From positions 1,902,961-1,966,960 of the forward strand of contig JALDTO010000098.1 of NCBI GenBank assembly GCA_023515725.1: 64,000 bases of DNA, read 5' to 3'. Positions 25,801-38,867 of this stretch are shown piece after piece. The notes under the pieces are model-generated. The model saw only the letters and a program-made list of their open reading frames with translations. It did no database searches and was not told the DNA's origin. Numbering within the stretch: the stretch's first letter is position 1; every line of letters starts with the position of its first letter. Both the position numbers and the translations under genes were made by a program. This stretch comes from Amoeboaphelidium protococcarum X5 (taxonomy: Eukaryota > Fungi > Aphelidiomycota).

Positions 25801-27634
25801 TAAAATGCCCTCTGTACATCCTGGTGATATTCGAATTTTAGACTGTATTGATGATCCTAGATTGCAACACTATAAAAACGTTATCGTGTTTCCTCAGAAA
25901 GGACCAAGGCCTCACCCAAATGAAGCGAGTGGTTCTGATCTGGATGGAGATATCTACTTTGTCACCTGGGACAAGAATTTGATTCCACCATTCTAGAATT
26001 TCTATCCACAAGACTACGAGAACCAGGTGAATCCTGTGAAGAAGGACAATATATCTATGGATGATATTGCTGATTTTATGGTGGATTACATCACAAATGA
26101 CAATCTGGGTCTGATTGCTGTGGCTCATAAGATACATGCCGATCTGTCCTTCAAAGGTGTTCATTCAGAGAAGTGCATCCAACTCAGTAAACTTCACTCT
26201 ATGGCAGTTGACTTTCCAAAGACGGGCGTGCCGGCTCCTTTTAATCCTCTCGATTATACTGTCGAGATATATCCAGATTTCTTGGGTCGCAGAGATCGTC
26301 CATCTTATCCATCAAAGAAAGCTCTGGGGAAATTGTATCGTGACGCTCATTGGAAAAACTTTTAGCCATCTTATGACGTTCGCTTGAATCCTGTGTTCCT
26401 CATTAATGATTTTGAAGAATATCTGGTTGAGGCTCTGTGGCTGAAGCAGAAGTGGGATGCCGAGGTACAAGTCCTGATGTCTTAAAATGGTATACGGTCC
26501 GAGTTTGAGTGCATCTCCGGTCTCATTATGGATTACAGCAAGTGGATGAGCAAGAAGGAGTTTGAGTTGAAGAAGAGTCTGGCTGATATTCTGCGCAACC
26601 TGGCTTTGATATTTCGCGCTGCTTTCTGGGAGAAAATTGGATTTAAGGCTGGTAAGAATGCAACTAGATCCTTGGGAGGCTATCATCCTACAGATATGGC
26701 TTCGGCATACAGGAAGGCGGCTGCGTTCTATTACGTCACCTACGCATTCCACTCTTATCGAGAGATGTAAAGTAAATCAGGTGGCAAAGAAGGGCGTTTT
26801 AGTGGCCGCCCTATGTTGTCATTTCCCTGGCTGGTGGCAGGTGATGTTCTGCTTGAGATTTACAAGATGAGGCAAGAGAACAGCTTGTCTGAATATTCTG
26901 GCGTGCCAAGAGTGGATTGGAATCTCATAAAGGTGGAAGCAGCAATGCTTCACACTGATGTTTGGTCTGTGGATCAGTAGAAAGTGCTACAGTAGTAACA
27001 GTAGTCAGTGGCCAATGACAAAGAGGGAGGGAGTGAGCTTTAGAATGAGCCAGAGTAGGCAGATGATTAGAGTGACTAGTTAAAAGATCGTGAAGCTTTG
27101 TATGAAGAAGTGGCCAAGATATAGAAAGGCAAGTACGATTTGGAAACTAGATTTAATGAATTGAGAAAAGAAATCTAGATTAAGAACTCCATTTCCATAC
27201 CAGATCTGGTTGCTGATGGTACACTGGATCAGCTGTTGCACGAGGCTAAACAAGGCCCTGTTGAGTTGGATCCTAACGTTGTAATGATGGCTTAATAGTC
27301 CAACGTCAACGATTCATTCTAGGAAGATGGAGATGAATTCGCGGCCGCAGATGATGACATACCACAGCATGAATTAGATGCCATGTTAGAGCGTGAATAT
27401 CTTGCGTAAGGTGCAACTAAGGCCACATCCTCCGCTTCTGCCACACTCGTTTAGTAGAAAATCAATGCAACTCAAGAGAAGCCGATTACCGACTCGCCTG
27501 GTAAATAAAAGGCTAATGGACCTCCTCTTACCTCTGATATATCAATTGAAGCTGATGTAGTGGATGACATGGAGAAGTTTGAGTTTTCAGACGATGAAGA
27601 CGATGACATTGAATGGGGAAATCCAGAGAACTGA
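22898..27634 (+). CDS. Eukaryotic RNAi RNA-dependent RNA polymerase (RDR-alpha type, N-terminal RRM-like domain)
   Basis: 'NRVLRHY...FLRVAFTEE', 'FLAFSSSQLRSHSCWF', 'AARLGQCFSST', 'FSDGIGKIS', 'SAFQVRMGGYKG', 'GVLDET', 'HPGDIR', catalytic 'SGSDLDGDIYFVTWD', 'HSMAVDFPKTG', 'SFPW'. About 1578 aa, intronless. Confidence 0.96.
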
Positions 27635-28711
27635 TAAGACAATTATTTTTGCTGAACTTTGGTCATTTATAAAGACAAGAGATTTGCAATAGATGCAAAA
27701 TTTTAAATAAATAAATTGTAGAAATATTATTCGCAAGTTTGACTTTATAGTTTTGAGTTGTTACACTTTATATGGCTTGACACTCTATTCCAAACAATCA
27801 GGGGCGCAATCCAATTCGACGCGCGATAACTGCGCCTCCTTATGGGGAACTACTCTTTATTCCATCATCGCAAACCACTCTGAATAAATTATACAAATAA
27901 ACCTCCAACCGATACCTTAACCTTAGCCATAGAGTCGTACTACGCGCGCTGATGATGAGTGAAACTGTTTCAACTTTGTACTTGCTACTCCATGTGGCAT
28001 TGTTATTGATTGCATTAGGAGTCAGATTGATATGCATATCCTTGCTGATTGTAAACGCAACGTGCAGTGCCAATCTTTTACTATTCATAATAGTTTGTAT
28101 TTGGTAAGATTCGATATCAATAGGATCTTTTCTAATATCTTGTTTCTAGTGTAGGATTGCCGTGGCTGTTGATGTACTGCCACGAGTCGTCTTCCCATTA
28201 TGGTCCATATTTTTTAATACTACCAAGATAAGAAGCACTAACGCGCAATTTGGCATTACATTACGCCTTACATTCATTGAAGATGTCAATTGCGTGTTAA
28301 GGTATATCTAACTTTTTTTGTAAAACTTTCTGACATATCTATATCACTTGTAGGCATTACACAAGTCATCACGACCATTAAATGATTACGGATTGTACAT
28401 TGTCAGTGTTTAATTGTTTTCGTATCACGTTGATATGGACCATCATCACTCTATCTTACAATGGCTTGCAGGTTAATCTATAGTTTGCAATGTGTGTTCT
28501 ACTGTTTGTTCAGACATTTCTAATGCCTCCCCCAAGTGTGAATAATCTCAATCAGTTTGAATAAAGTTGCAGTTTTCGATCTGCTCTACTCGGCACTGAG
28601 CCTTTGACAGTTTAAGAGGATCAACTCATCCAAGATATAAATAATGCACACAGTCTGTAATTTTAAACAGTAATAGTCATAAAATCGTTGAGTACTGAAT
28701 ATAAAATAGAA

Positions 28712-30019
28712 TCATCGTGATGGAATATTCTAAGCATTTCTTGTAACTCTCCATCTTGTGATCAAACCATCTTCAGTACCAACAAATAGACACACTCCAG
28801 TATCAACATTATCACATGCATCATTGACAAGCAACGACAACTTATGCCACTCACCTAAAACATGACCATACTGCCGCAGATCAGATGATGAATTCCCATT
28901 TCTGTTACTAGCTTGAGCCAGCAGAGAGCTTTGCAACTAGGCATTAGAAAAGTTGAGCTTGTGGACAAACAGTTTAATGAACGCGTCACCTTCCTCTATG
29001 TTACTATCTTCAACATTACCAGTATCGGCAGTATGACATACAGATTCATATATTTTAAACTTACCACTTTGAGTCCCGACAAACAGCAGCATCGAATCTA
29101 AGGCCTGCTCTTGTGTGACAGCAATACGTGAGGCATAAGGCACAGATGTTTGGTAACTTGCAACAATTCGAACAGTATTGTCACTATTGATCAGACAATC
29201 GTGCCTCAATAAGTGATAACTAGCGCTTAAGCTGAATACGGAGACTATTAGCGCGCCCTTAATATTATCATCATTAGAAGACTTGTAAGATATCGCCACA
29301 ACTTACATGATCGGTTCTTCAAATGACGGTGGTATAATTGCAGCCACTTATCTGTCAAGCACTACACTTAAATGTCCACTTTCATGACCAACTATAACTA
29401 TGTCAGACAAATCGCTTGACGAAATATACGCAGTGCATGTAATCAGCCCCAGCTTTTACTAATCAGTAGTAGAATTACCACTTTCATTATCAGCGAATAT
29501 AATCGCTTTTATAAATACTAACTCTAAATCCTAAAGATTCAACTTGGAAACTACCAGGCCTTAATCAATGGAACCTTCAACATCTGCTGCGTAGATGGTT
29601 GTAATCTCGTTATAATTAGAGCTCCCACAGAAGATCATTGGACAAAAACCAGCACATTACTTTATCACCTTGGACGAAGTACTTGATAGATCAAATACCT
29701 TGATGCACTTTCCCATTCTATAAACACTTAATAACCCAGATTTGGTGTGTACAAGAGTAGTAGTCAAATCATTAGAGGGGATACTAACATCATTATTAGA
29801 CGCGTCAGATTAAACATGGTTACGAATACAGTGCACCGAAGATATACTTCTCCCATCGCCGCAGATCCAACTCTCCAACTATTATCCACTCTTGATATCC
29901 CATACAATTATACATCCAGATGAATCGCAACTCACTAGCAATTAATTATCAACAATAATCTTAATCACCTACACGCTACTCCGGTGTCCAAAGTATATAA
30001 AGTCTTCCCGTATCACCAT
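28712..30019 (-). CDS. WD40-repeat protein, possibly ASA1/GNB1L-like
   Basis: 'GHRSSVQVI...LLVSCDSSGCIIVWDIKS', 'VIVGHESGHL', 'LFVGTEDGLITRW'. Ends TGA 28712-28714. The family assignment is tentative. Confidence 0.7.
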
Positions 30020-30127
30020 TTTTATGAATAATACAGAGCGGATGAACAAAGAGATTGGTTATAAAAAGATATAAAGAGACTGCTCGGATTTTCAAGGCTA
30101 TTCTAATCCAACTGTTAACTAGTGGTA

Positions 30128-32305
30128 ATGACAACGCCGACAAAAGACTCGCTGCTTTAGCTATTGCGACATAAGAAGCTGGAAATAACTGTCAAGGAAT
30201 TAGAAGAGGGGATCATTACATTTGATGAGATTCTGTCACTGACTGAAAAGCAGTGTACGGATCTCTATGGGCTACAGGGAATATTTATCTACAATCATCT
30301 ACATCCTTCCTTATAAGCGGCGGCGCTTACAACATCCGTCAAATTAATGAATGAAGGAGAACTGGCTTCATCTTATAATCACTATATGAAAATTGGCGAA
30401 GCTTTAATCAAAGATCCAATGGTTGTTCGCGTGAGAGACGAATTGCTGTCTTTGATAGCTGCTGAAAGTCGCTCATCATCTACACCACATCCATTTCTAT
30501 TTGTGTTGGATTCATCTGGTACGGGAAAGACGTAGTTGGCTTTTGCGTTGAAGAGTGCTCTATCCCGGTGCAAGATCACGACTATGTATCTTGTATGCTC
30601 CCCTGTAGGAGATAGTTCTCAGCCGATATATCGTGTATACGCCGACATATCACACGCTTTTCAAGAGTGTGTACGCCGCGATCTTTTGGGCATAAGGACT
30701 GTTGACGAATTGTCTTGCACTAGTCTTGCCAGAAAGTCGTTGTACATATTCGGTCTCATTGCTCAGTTGTTGATAGATAATGATAAAGAGCCGCCTACTG
30801 TTGTCAACTATGAACAGAAAACAGCTTAGCAAGTTTGGTCAAAACTTGATAACTGCCTTAATTATCCTGTTGTTATTCTGGACGAATTTTCGACCAGGGA
30901 AGGTGATAATGATAATACTCTCCGCTTGTTACGAAATTCGATTCGCGCATTGAAATTTGGGTTGGTACTTTTGGGAACTAATTCGACGGCAGTTAATCTT
31001 ATTGATAAGTCAATCGAGTGGCAGAGTCGGGATATGGATAGCTTTCACTGGTGTTCGCTTTATTATTCTCTTCCTAAAGTCAGAATTAGCGCTCTTGAAT
31101 TACCATTAAAGTGTGATGATTGGATACGAGGATTGCTTTGCTCTAGTAGACCATTATTTGCTGTCATAGCGAGAGATTGTTTGCGAAATTATAAGGATGG
31201 CTCCGGTAATGGAATGAGTTAGGAGGATATCGATGGTTGGTTCCGAGATATTGCTCTTCGTATCATCTCTCAGAAGAAGATATTTGACAACCCATTCGGA
31301 CGGCATGGGCAAGTATGTTTATTTCTCAATATGAATTACGATTATACTAATAATGTCATTACTCACAACTATCCGCTAATTCATCGACACTTTGCGCATT
31401 TGGAAGAAAGAGTAGTAGGGTGGGGTGATAAGTTTTGCATCCGTCTGTTGAAGGACATGACACTGGATAGCGATGAACGCACCAAGTGGAATCCGAGAAT
31501 TACATTCCCAACGCCGGAAGATGACGTACTATTGTTTCTATGCTTAATGGGAACTCTAAAGAGTAATCCATTTCGTGATGGGAGTGGACAAGATATATCT
31601 TTACGCTAAGCAGTTCAAGAAATTGAGAGATCTCGGAGATCAAATGAGCTGAAACTGATGTACGATAACGCAATTCAGATATCCAACGATGGAATGTTTT
31701 TGGAAGCTATATTAGCGAGTTCCTTGTGCGTTGCTTCACACAGTAATGGAATTGGTGGTATTTGTCTGCGTGATTTTATATGCTCTGTGTATGCTCACAT
31801 CTAGAATCAGGAACTGTTATACATTTACTCGCTGAAAATGCCAGAAGATGCATCTGCTCTCGTTGATCTATTGGAGAATTTCATCATTCCAAATCTAGCT
31901 CCTCCTAATTAAAAATGGCCATAGTGCGTGCAAGCTATCCCCAATAGTAGATTCGGTCATTTGTATAGAACTAAGAATTAGACGCGACTAGATTTGGATA
32001 CTGATTTCCAACTTACTGGTGAATCAAAAGACTATAATGGTCCTATTGACATCTCAACCATGAGAAGTATGATTGAAAGAGTCCCGACAAGTTCAAAGGT
32101 TCATTTTATATTCGTTCGCAGGCTGCAATCTAAATACTTTACTAGAAGCTCGTTCAGTACTGAATTTCCCAGTAAAAACATTTGCTTCTGTGTGGTGAAG
32201 GCGTGTAAATCAGACTTACTGTTGGCTAAAATCGATGGTCTACCCGACATTCACTCATTTAATAGTAATTCGACATTGGTGATATTTTATCCGATCAATA
32301 AATGA
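30128..32305 (+). CDS. Crinkler/CR-effector-like protein: SAM-like header + P-loop NTPase + PD-(D/E)xK restriction-endonuclease-like domain
   Basis: Header 'ITFDEILSLTEKQCTDLYGLQGIFIYNHLHP', Walker A 'LDSSGTGKTQ', Walker B 'PVVILDEF', 'LLGTNS', 'SSRPLFA', 'SNDGMFLEAIL', and the C-terminal nuclease-like 'RLDLDTDFQLTGESKDY'. 725 aa, intronless. Confidence 0.75.
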
Positions 32306-32723
32306 ATTGTTGCATCTTACCTTTTCGCGGCTGTTTAGTCATATATTGTAGCTGCGTCTACGATGTATAATGTTGACTTTAAGCAATTTAAGTTTAGGCC
32401 GCTGAACTTGGCGATATGCACCTTTACACCTATCACCGTAACTGTATCAATGACATAGACATGTTGAACCTTTTGGCAATTAACAAGTTACAGATCGCAT
32501 AATTATGCACGTTTCATATGTTGTATGTTGATAATCTATTCACCAAAGGACTGACTTGTAGCTCTCTTCCCATTGAAGATCCCGTTTGGCTCAATCAGCG
32601 TCGAATTCTTCTTAGCGCGGTTCTTTCCATTCCATTGCAGCGTCTCTATATAAAACACAGCTGTACTTGTCGAGTTATTTCTCATTGTTAAAAGTTTCAG
32701 TATCCATTTTAGAAAAATAATAG

Positions 32724-33665
32724 ATGGACTCTGTGTGGTAGAGGTTGAATGCTGTGTTTAGTCATGGACTCACTGTGGCCATGGTTCTCGTTGCCGCAGT
32801 CTCCCTCTTGAATCCGCTCTTCATTCGGTACTCAGTGTCTCATTAGCAGTAGTAATAATAGTAGTAAGGATTCGATATACAAGTCAGATCGGTGTCGCTG
32901 ATGCATGGTAAACATGATGTTGGATACTTCAATGCCAAGAGTAAAGAGTATCTATTTCTGGATGTGGAGTTGAATGCCGACCTGAGCGCATACTTGCCAT
33001 CGTTCGCAGATAGGAACAAGGGTTATGCTGAGAAGGGAGGACTGGACTTCCTGCAATCTATGACTTGGAATGCCAAGTAGTTGACCATATCGCTGGTGTT
33101 GTCTTACTCCACTAAAGTTTTGCCTGTAAATGAGATGGTTGTGTGGTACAAGGTGATCAATGTTAATGAGATGGGCTATGGCAGGGAGATGGATTACATT
33201 GGCGATCTGTTCAACTCCTTGTCCATTCCGGCACTGAAGACTACCAAGTATCGAAAGTAGAATTGGACTGATCAGGCGGTATTCAATGGTGAGAAGTTGA
33301 GCAATGTTCGCTATTCTCATTGGGCTCTGCCAGTTTGTCATTTGCCACTGAGTGATCTGCTGACACCATATGCTCCGTCTGGTGCGAATAAAAAGGATCC
33401 AAGATATATCGCGTTAACTTCCTAGTAAAAGGCGGCAGTCAAGGCTGATTATGAAGAGTTGAAGGGATTGAAGAATGTCAGTTTGGAGTTGAGATGGGAA
33501 CTGGGGCCATAGATTGGATTCATGCAAGAGTTTACCGCTTCTTCATAATCATTATCTTAATCTCAGCTATAGTAGCAGTAGTAGTAGTAATAGGATCAAG
33601 GTGCAAGTAAAGGCATTGTATTTATCGATGTGCCTACTGAATACTCCACCGCAAGAACTGCATGA
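32724..33665 (+). CDS. SPC3: Signal peptidase complex subunit Spc3/SPC22, enlarged
   Basis: 'MDSVWQRLNAVFS' followed by a TM segment, 'ELNADLS', 'TWNAKQLTISLVLSY', 'NEMVVWYKVI', 'LELRWELGPQIG', 'DVPTEYS'. Ends TGA 33663-33665. Confidence 0.75.
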
Positions 33666-33763
33666 ATATTGAAATGGCGTTTTGCTAATAAATATCAAAT
33701 TACAGATTGTATTTACTCTTTTTTATAATCAATTCACTAATCAAGTTAGGGAATGAATTGTTT

Positions 33764-36175
33764 TCATGATAACAATTTGGGGTGAATTGATTCCAGGTAT
33801 AACATGATGTGATCATACTTTCTAGACACTTCATTATTACGCTTCATGAAGGAGTAGATTGCAGATGCAGACTTGAATGAGACTGCGGGTGAAGTGTATC
33901 CATTATTGCTAATTTCCTATGCGCTATCTAGATCCTATGATTACTAACCAACTACTGATCTCTTCTCCTAAGACTATTATTAACGAATTAGAGCGTCTAT
34001 AGCCTACTCAAACATTAGATTACGAGCAAATGCTTCTATTAATGAACAATAATGGTTCTGTTCAATATTCAATCTACCATATTAATCATCCACAGGATGG
34101 TCCTACTCCATCTCCAGTGTCAAATTGCGATAAAATTCTATTAGGAGCTACCTATCACTACTGAATCCTAAGCTATCAATGACAATAGACACTATAGGCC
34201 CATCGATTGTGAAAATGTTATGGGAATTCTGCTACTGCCACTCTTTATATGCTTGATCAAGTGTACTCACCATAAACTGCTCATCAAAACTGAGTTGTCC
34301 CCTATTCGTTATTGCTGTGGATGATGATGATGAACCAGAGGATATCATCAACCTCTGCAAACCATCAATCCGACTATTATTCTTCAGTAGCATATTCCAT
34401 AATTCAAAGGTTAGTTAATGATGGTCACATCTACTAGCTACATCCATGATACTTTTAATCGTCTTTCTCAGAGGACCCACTCTTTATGCAGAATCTTACT
34501 TGCTACTATGAGTATCACGTATATCCTACCATAATTCTTGCACTGGCATTGAGGAGATGAGATCTCTAAATGACAGCGACAGTTCGGTGGCAATCATCGA
34601 CTTCATTTGCTAGTCCTGCTTTGGCGTACGATTATGAGGTAAAGCCATTGAGATACTCAAGACATAGTTGGTCCACAATTTTAACACCCCCTACTATATG
34701 TTGGACTAACCAGTCAAAGGCTTTGAAGTCATAGAACCCAGATTGGCCAAATAACCCACTGCCAATTTCAAATCTCCATTAATATCACTCTGATAGAACC
34801 CACTGTGAATTAAAGATGATGATAAATCGCCAACACGTTCAAAACCAATCGCTTGTGAGTTAGAAATAGGTTGAGCCGTTGAAATCTTTGACATTTACCT
34901 GAGCTTACCCAAATGATACGATAAACGACTATAATCTTTGCTCTCTACCAAGTGGAACTACCACAGTTTGGAATAATACTTTACAAACCAAGATTGCAAT
35001 TCTATCAAGTCAGCTTAACTAATTAATAGCACAGAGTTCTACTACTACTACTACAACTACTACTACTACTACTATTTCTAAATAGCTCTCAACTATATCC
35101 ACCTGATCAGATCTTGAATTAAGAACTAATCCTAGAATTTATCCCCATAATTTCTTTATCTAACAAAATTGATCATCCGATTATACTGGTATTCTAAAAT
35201 CACCGATAGATAACAATGAGAAGGTATCACAATATCATTGTCGGATAGAAAGTTCTTCAATTTAGATATAGATTGAGCAGAATTTAATGACTCTGCAGTA
35301 AGAACTGATATACAACTATTGTAGAGAGGAGAGAGGGAATCACCATCATTCCACACGGCAGAGGCCTTTAAGTGATCATCCGTCAAGTGCCGAGTAAGAC
35401 TTAGATGTCTGATTGCCAACAATCGCAATGACTGGCTAGATTGGCCATGAGACTATAAAGCCAATTGGATAGACTCTTCAAGACAAACTGGATCAACGCG
35501 ACAGTCATCTGGCAGTTATTAGAACACGTCACTCAAAGTATACGTTGAACTTTGCCAGCCAATTCTTTAATGAAAATAATATCGCCATTATGATTTTATA
35601 TGCTTTAGTAGATATAGCCATTACAATTATAACTAGCACTCAGCCATCATCATTCTATATTCAAGATCACTATCAGGTGCGCCATAAATGTCAATCTTTT
35701 ATAATTGTCTATCAATTGCAGTGGATAATTTGGCCAACATGAGAGCCTAGTCGACGCGTCGCAGTGTAGCTTGGGGCAATTTTACCACGTGCTCTACCAG
35801 ATATAACTTTTATCCTTACAGTATTTTAAATGTAAGACTATTTATTTCTTCATTGATAATATATTATATCTGAAGCACTTGCTCAATATCAGCAGACGAC
35901 TTGTTCACAAGACGCGATTTTACAGCTTTAACAATCTCTTCAAATCTACCGCGTCTCACATTCAATAGCATACTCTTATCAAAGCCTTGCTTATTATATT
36001 TTGATGTCTTAGAATACATTGCTGTCCTTTAAATAAACGCATTTTTGATTTTAAGCATTTCAACGATATCACGTACTACCAGATTTAGCTACTAGATTTT
36101 TACTTGATAGCAATCTGTTTAAAGCTTTGCATAATAGTAAAGAGAAGACGATCTCCTGTGAGAGCGAATATACAT
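33764..36175 (-). CDS. Hypothetical helical-repeat (PPR-like) protein, probably mitochondrial
   Basis: About 800-codon frame ending TGA 33764-33766 (both ends read; middle supported by in-frame ORF-track pieces). PPR-like 'HYCSLIEAFARNLMFEQAIDAL', poly-Q tract, basic N-terminus. Start is uncertain (36175, 36058 or 36019). Confidence 0.55.
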
Positions 36176-36212
36176 GTAAATGATAGTGAGTATTTGTAAA
36201 CATATATTGATA

Positions 36213-38867
36213 TCATAATTTTGAGTTTATATCATAAGGATCTAAACTCTCTGATATTGACAATGATGATGACTGTTATTTGTGCTGATACTAATCAGAT
36301 ATGGTCATTCGAATGAGCCTTGCTATGCGCATTGTCCTCTTACCGGTGACTTCATTATCTCTTCGATGTTTACCTTCTCGTCGGAATTTGCCTATTCCTT
36401 CAACAAATTCCCACAACTTGCTGCCTCTCTATTTCTCTTATAATTGTTACACCTTATTGATATGCATCTGTTTATGACTAGAGGAAACCTCAGTGTCGCG
36501 CCTGGTCCTTGAATTGCTAGATTATTATACCATATTACTGTCATCTCTGGTGACATGGACACTACCTCCAGCTTACTAATTAAACTTGTACGCGCTTCGA
36601 TATACATTCATGGGCTGATTAATAAATTCAATGGCTCCACGCTCGTACTCCGGACTCACCTAGTAATAAATTTCAGTCTTTTCCACTCCACCTGCATTTA
36701 GCATTGCTGATACCACCTTGTGAGCGCTTATGATACCCATATACTGGTAGCGGGTGAATGCATTCTTCAGCGTCTCCTTATTAATCGACTCAAAATAGCC
36801 CAGATCACCATTATAGTACAAAGTCTTACCAAACAATTGCACCTTCTGCATCAGCTCTGACTCTGTCACACCCCGTATGTGGTCTCCATGCAGCGTTGGA
36901 GTCGGGATAATACAGAATAGTCCACATGCAGCCAGCCAGTAAGACTCAATAAATGGCCACAGAAGGAAACAGTAAAAGTCAAAATTCTCACGCCCAATCG
37001 ATCGTTCTTGATCACTTAGACGTACAAAGTATTCAGATGTATTTTTAATAGAGCTACTTCTTGCAGCGATACCACCCATATTAATCAAATTCCCTTCACC
37101 GTCCACAATTTCAATCACCATACGCTCACACAATAGCTGCACGGTGGTGTCAAGATTCTAATCCATAGTTCCGGGAGTGTAAATAAATTCGAGCTTTAAA
37201 AGTTGTGATATGAACACAACATCTCGGTATAGCTACGTTCGCGATATAGTTCGATGAGTCTGACCCTTCTTGATGGTCTAATACATGGCACAGCAGACAA
37301 TGGACTCATTAATGAATAGGTGCATCAGTTGATTACGAAATAGACTCAACTCGAATCTTTTTTATACAAAGTACACTGGCTCCACAAGTTCTCTGCGCAC
37401 ACCAATTAGTGACGATAGGACGTTCAATGCCTTGGTGACAACACTATCCGTATCGTGATGCCCAAAATCAGTGACGCGTCCACCTTTGAGTATAATCTCA
37501 CGTCTAATCCAATCTACTCGCCTGCATAGCTCCTATTTACCCAACCCACGTCCTCTGAGTGTAAGAAGTACAGTAGCGACCAGAGCGGACGTTGTTATAG
37601 TGCACACGCCATTTATGGCCGCCAGCACTCGATAGCCCATAGTCTTGAGTAGGAGTACCTGAGCATCTTGGCTTTTAAGAGGAGAAAATAGAGCAGTGGA
37701 TGTTGATCTCTTCATGCACTGCTCATTAATAAACTGCTTCAGTGACCAAGGCTAAGCAAATCGGATATCAATCCTACCTAATTTAGCAGAGAATTTACCA
37801 GCAGCATATTCCAACAGACCAACCAAGCTCTCCTTCTCTTTAGGAGTTCCCAGCAGTTCATTTACATAAGTCTCTGTCTCAATCACTTTGTCGTAGTCCA
37901 CACTGACGGGCACAATTATAACATCATCAACTTTGCCACTCAATATGGCATCCATAACAATCTTCAAGACACCAAACTTTGGCTACATCAACTTTCCAGT
38001 TCTAGACCGTGTGCCCTCAACAAAACATTCCAAATTATATCCGCGTTAAAGTAGACATTCTATGTACTCTTTAAACACTTGCTAGTACAATCTGTCACCG
38101 CCAAATGAACGTTTGATAAAGAATGCTCCACTCTTACGCAACAAGTATCCAATGAGAGGAATATTCAAATTATCACCAGCCACAACATGAGGCACTGCGA
38201 GGCCAAGCTTTTATAGAGCAAAGGATAGTACCACATAATCCATATGACTCTTATGACCAGGTAAGAATAGAAGAGGGAGGCGGCGACGTTCAGCATCAGC
38301 TGCCACTTATTTAACCTACTCCACTTGTCCCAACTTGACATGAATTCCCTAATTATACAGCTTCCTTAAAAATACACCCACCGTACTCTCCATAAAGTCG
38401 GCCACTAACTGACTACTAACATCCGCCACCATCCCATTGAGAAGCTTCAGAGCTTTATCACGAAGTCTTCCCGCTGTCAAAGTGATCTGATCCTGATACT
38501 ATAGAATAAGACTCTGATATTCAACCTGATCATCAACAAGATTAAACTATGACTAGAGCCGTAAAAGATCATTACCATAATTAGTTTACTATATAAAATT
38601 ATGATATGTAGGAGGCCGTACACCTTGACGTGACAATTCGCGCTAAGCTTCTGCAATAAGAAATTGATGCAGTGACTAACTTTCGTAAATCTGCTACATC
38701 ACTCCCTCCAGGTAGCCATCAAAGAACACCTTCTATCCAATCTAATGATTTTATTTCAATCTCAAGTTGACAGCATTTTTGCCTCTACACTTACACAATA
38801 GCGGTTGAATATTCCAAGATTCTATAAAACAATGGTCAGAGCAAAACTTACATTATGGGCACGACAT
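36213..38867 (-). CDS. GNPAT: Peroxisomal dihydroxyacetone-phosphate/glycerol-3-phosphate acyltransferase (GPAT/DHAPAT family) with PTS1
   Basis: '[11 protein letters not shown]', 'VAGDNLNIP', '[10 protein letters not shown]', '[12 protein letters not shown]', '[11 protein letters not shown]', '[11 protein letters not shown]', 'LWPFIESYW'. C-terminus ...DINSKL*. Confidence 0.9.

Noticed and set aside
24776-26365. Endogenous RNA-virus polymerase
   Set aside because: It has the DLDGD double-psi-barrel motif of cellular RNAi RdRPs, not a viral GDD palm domain.
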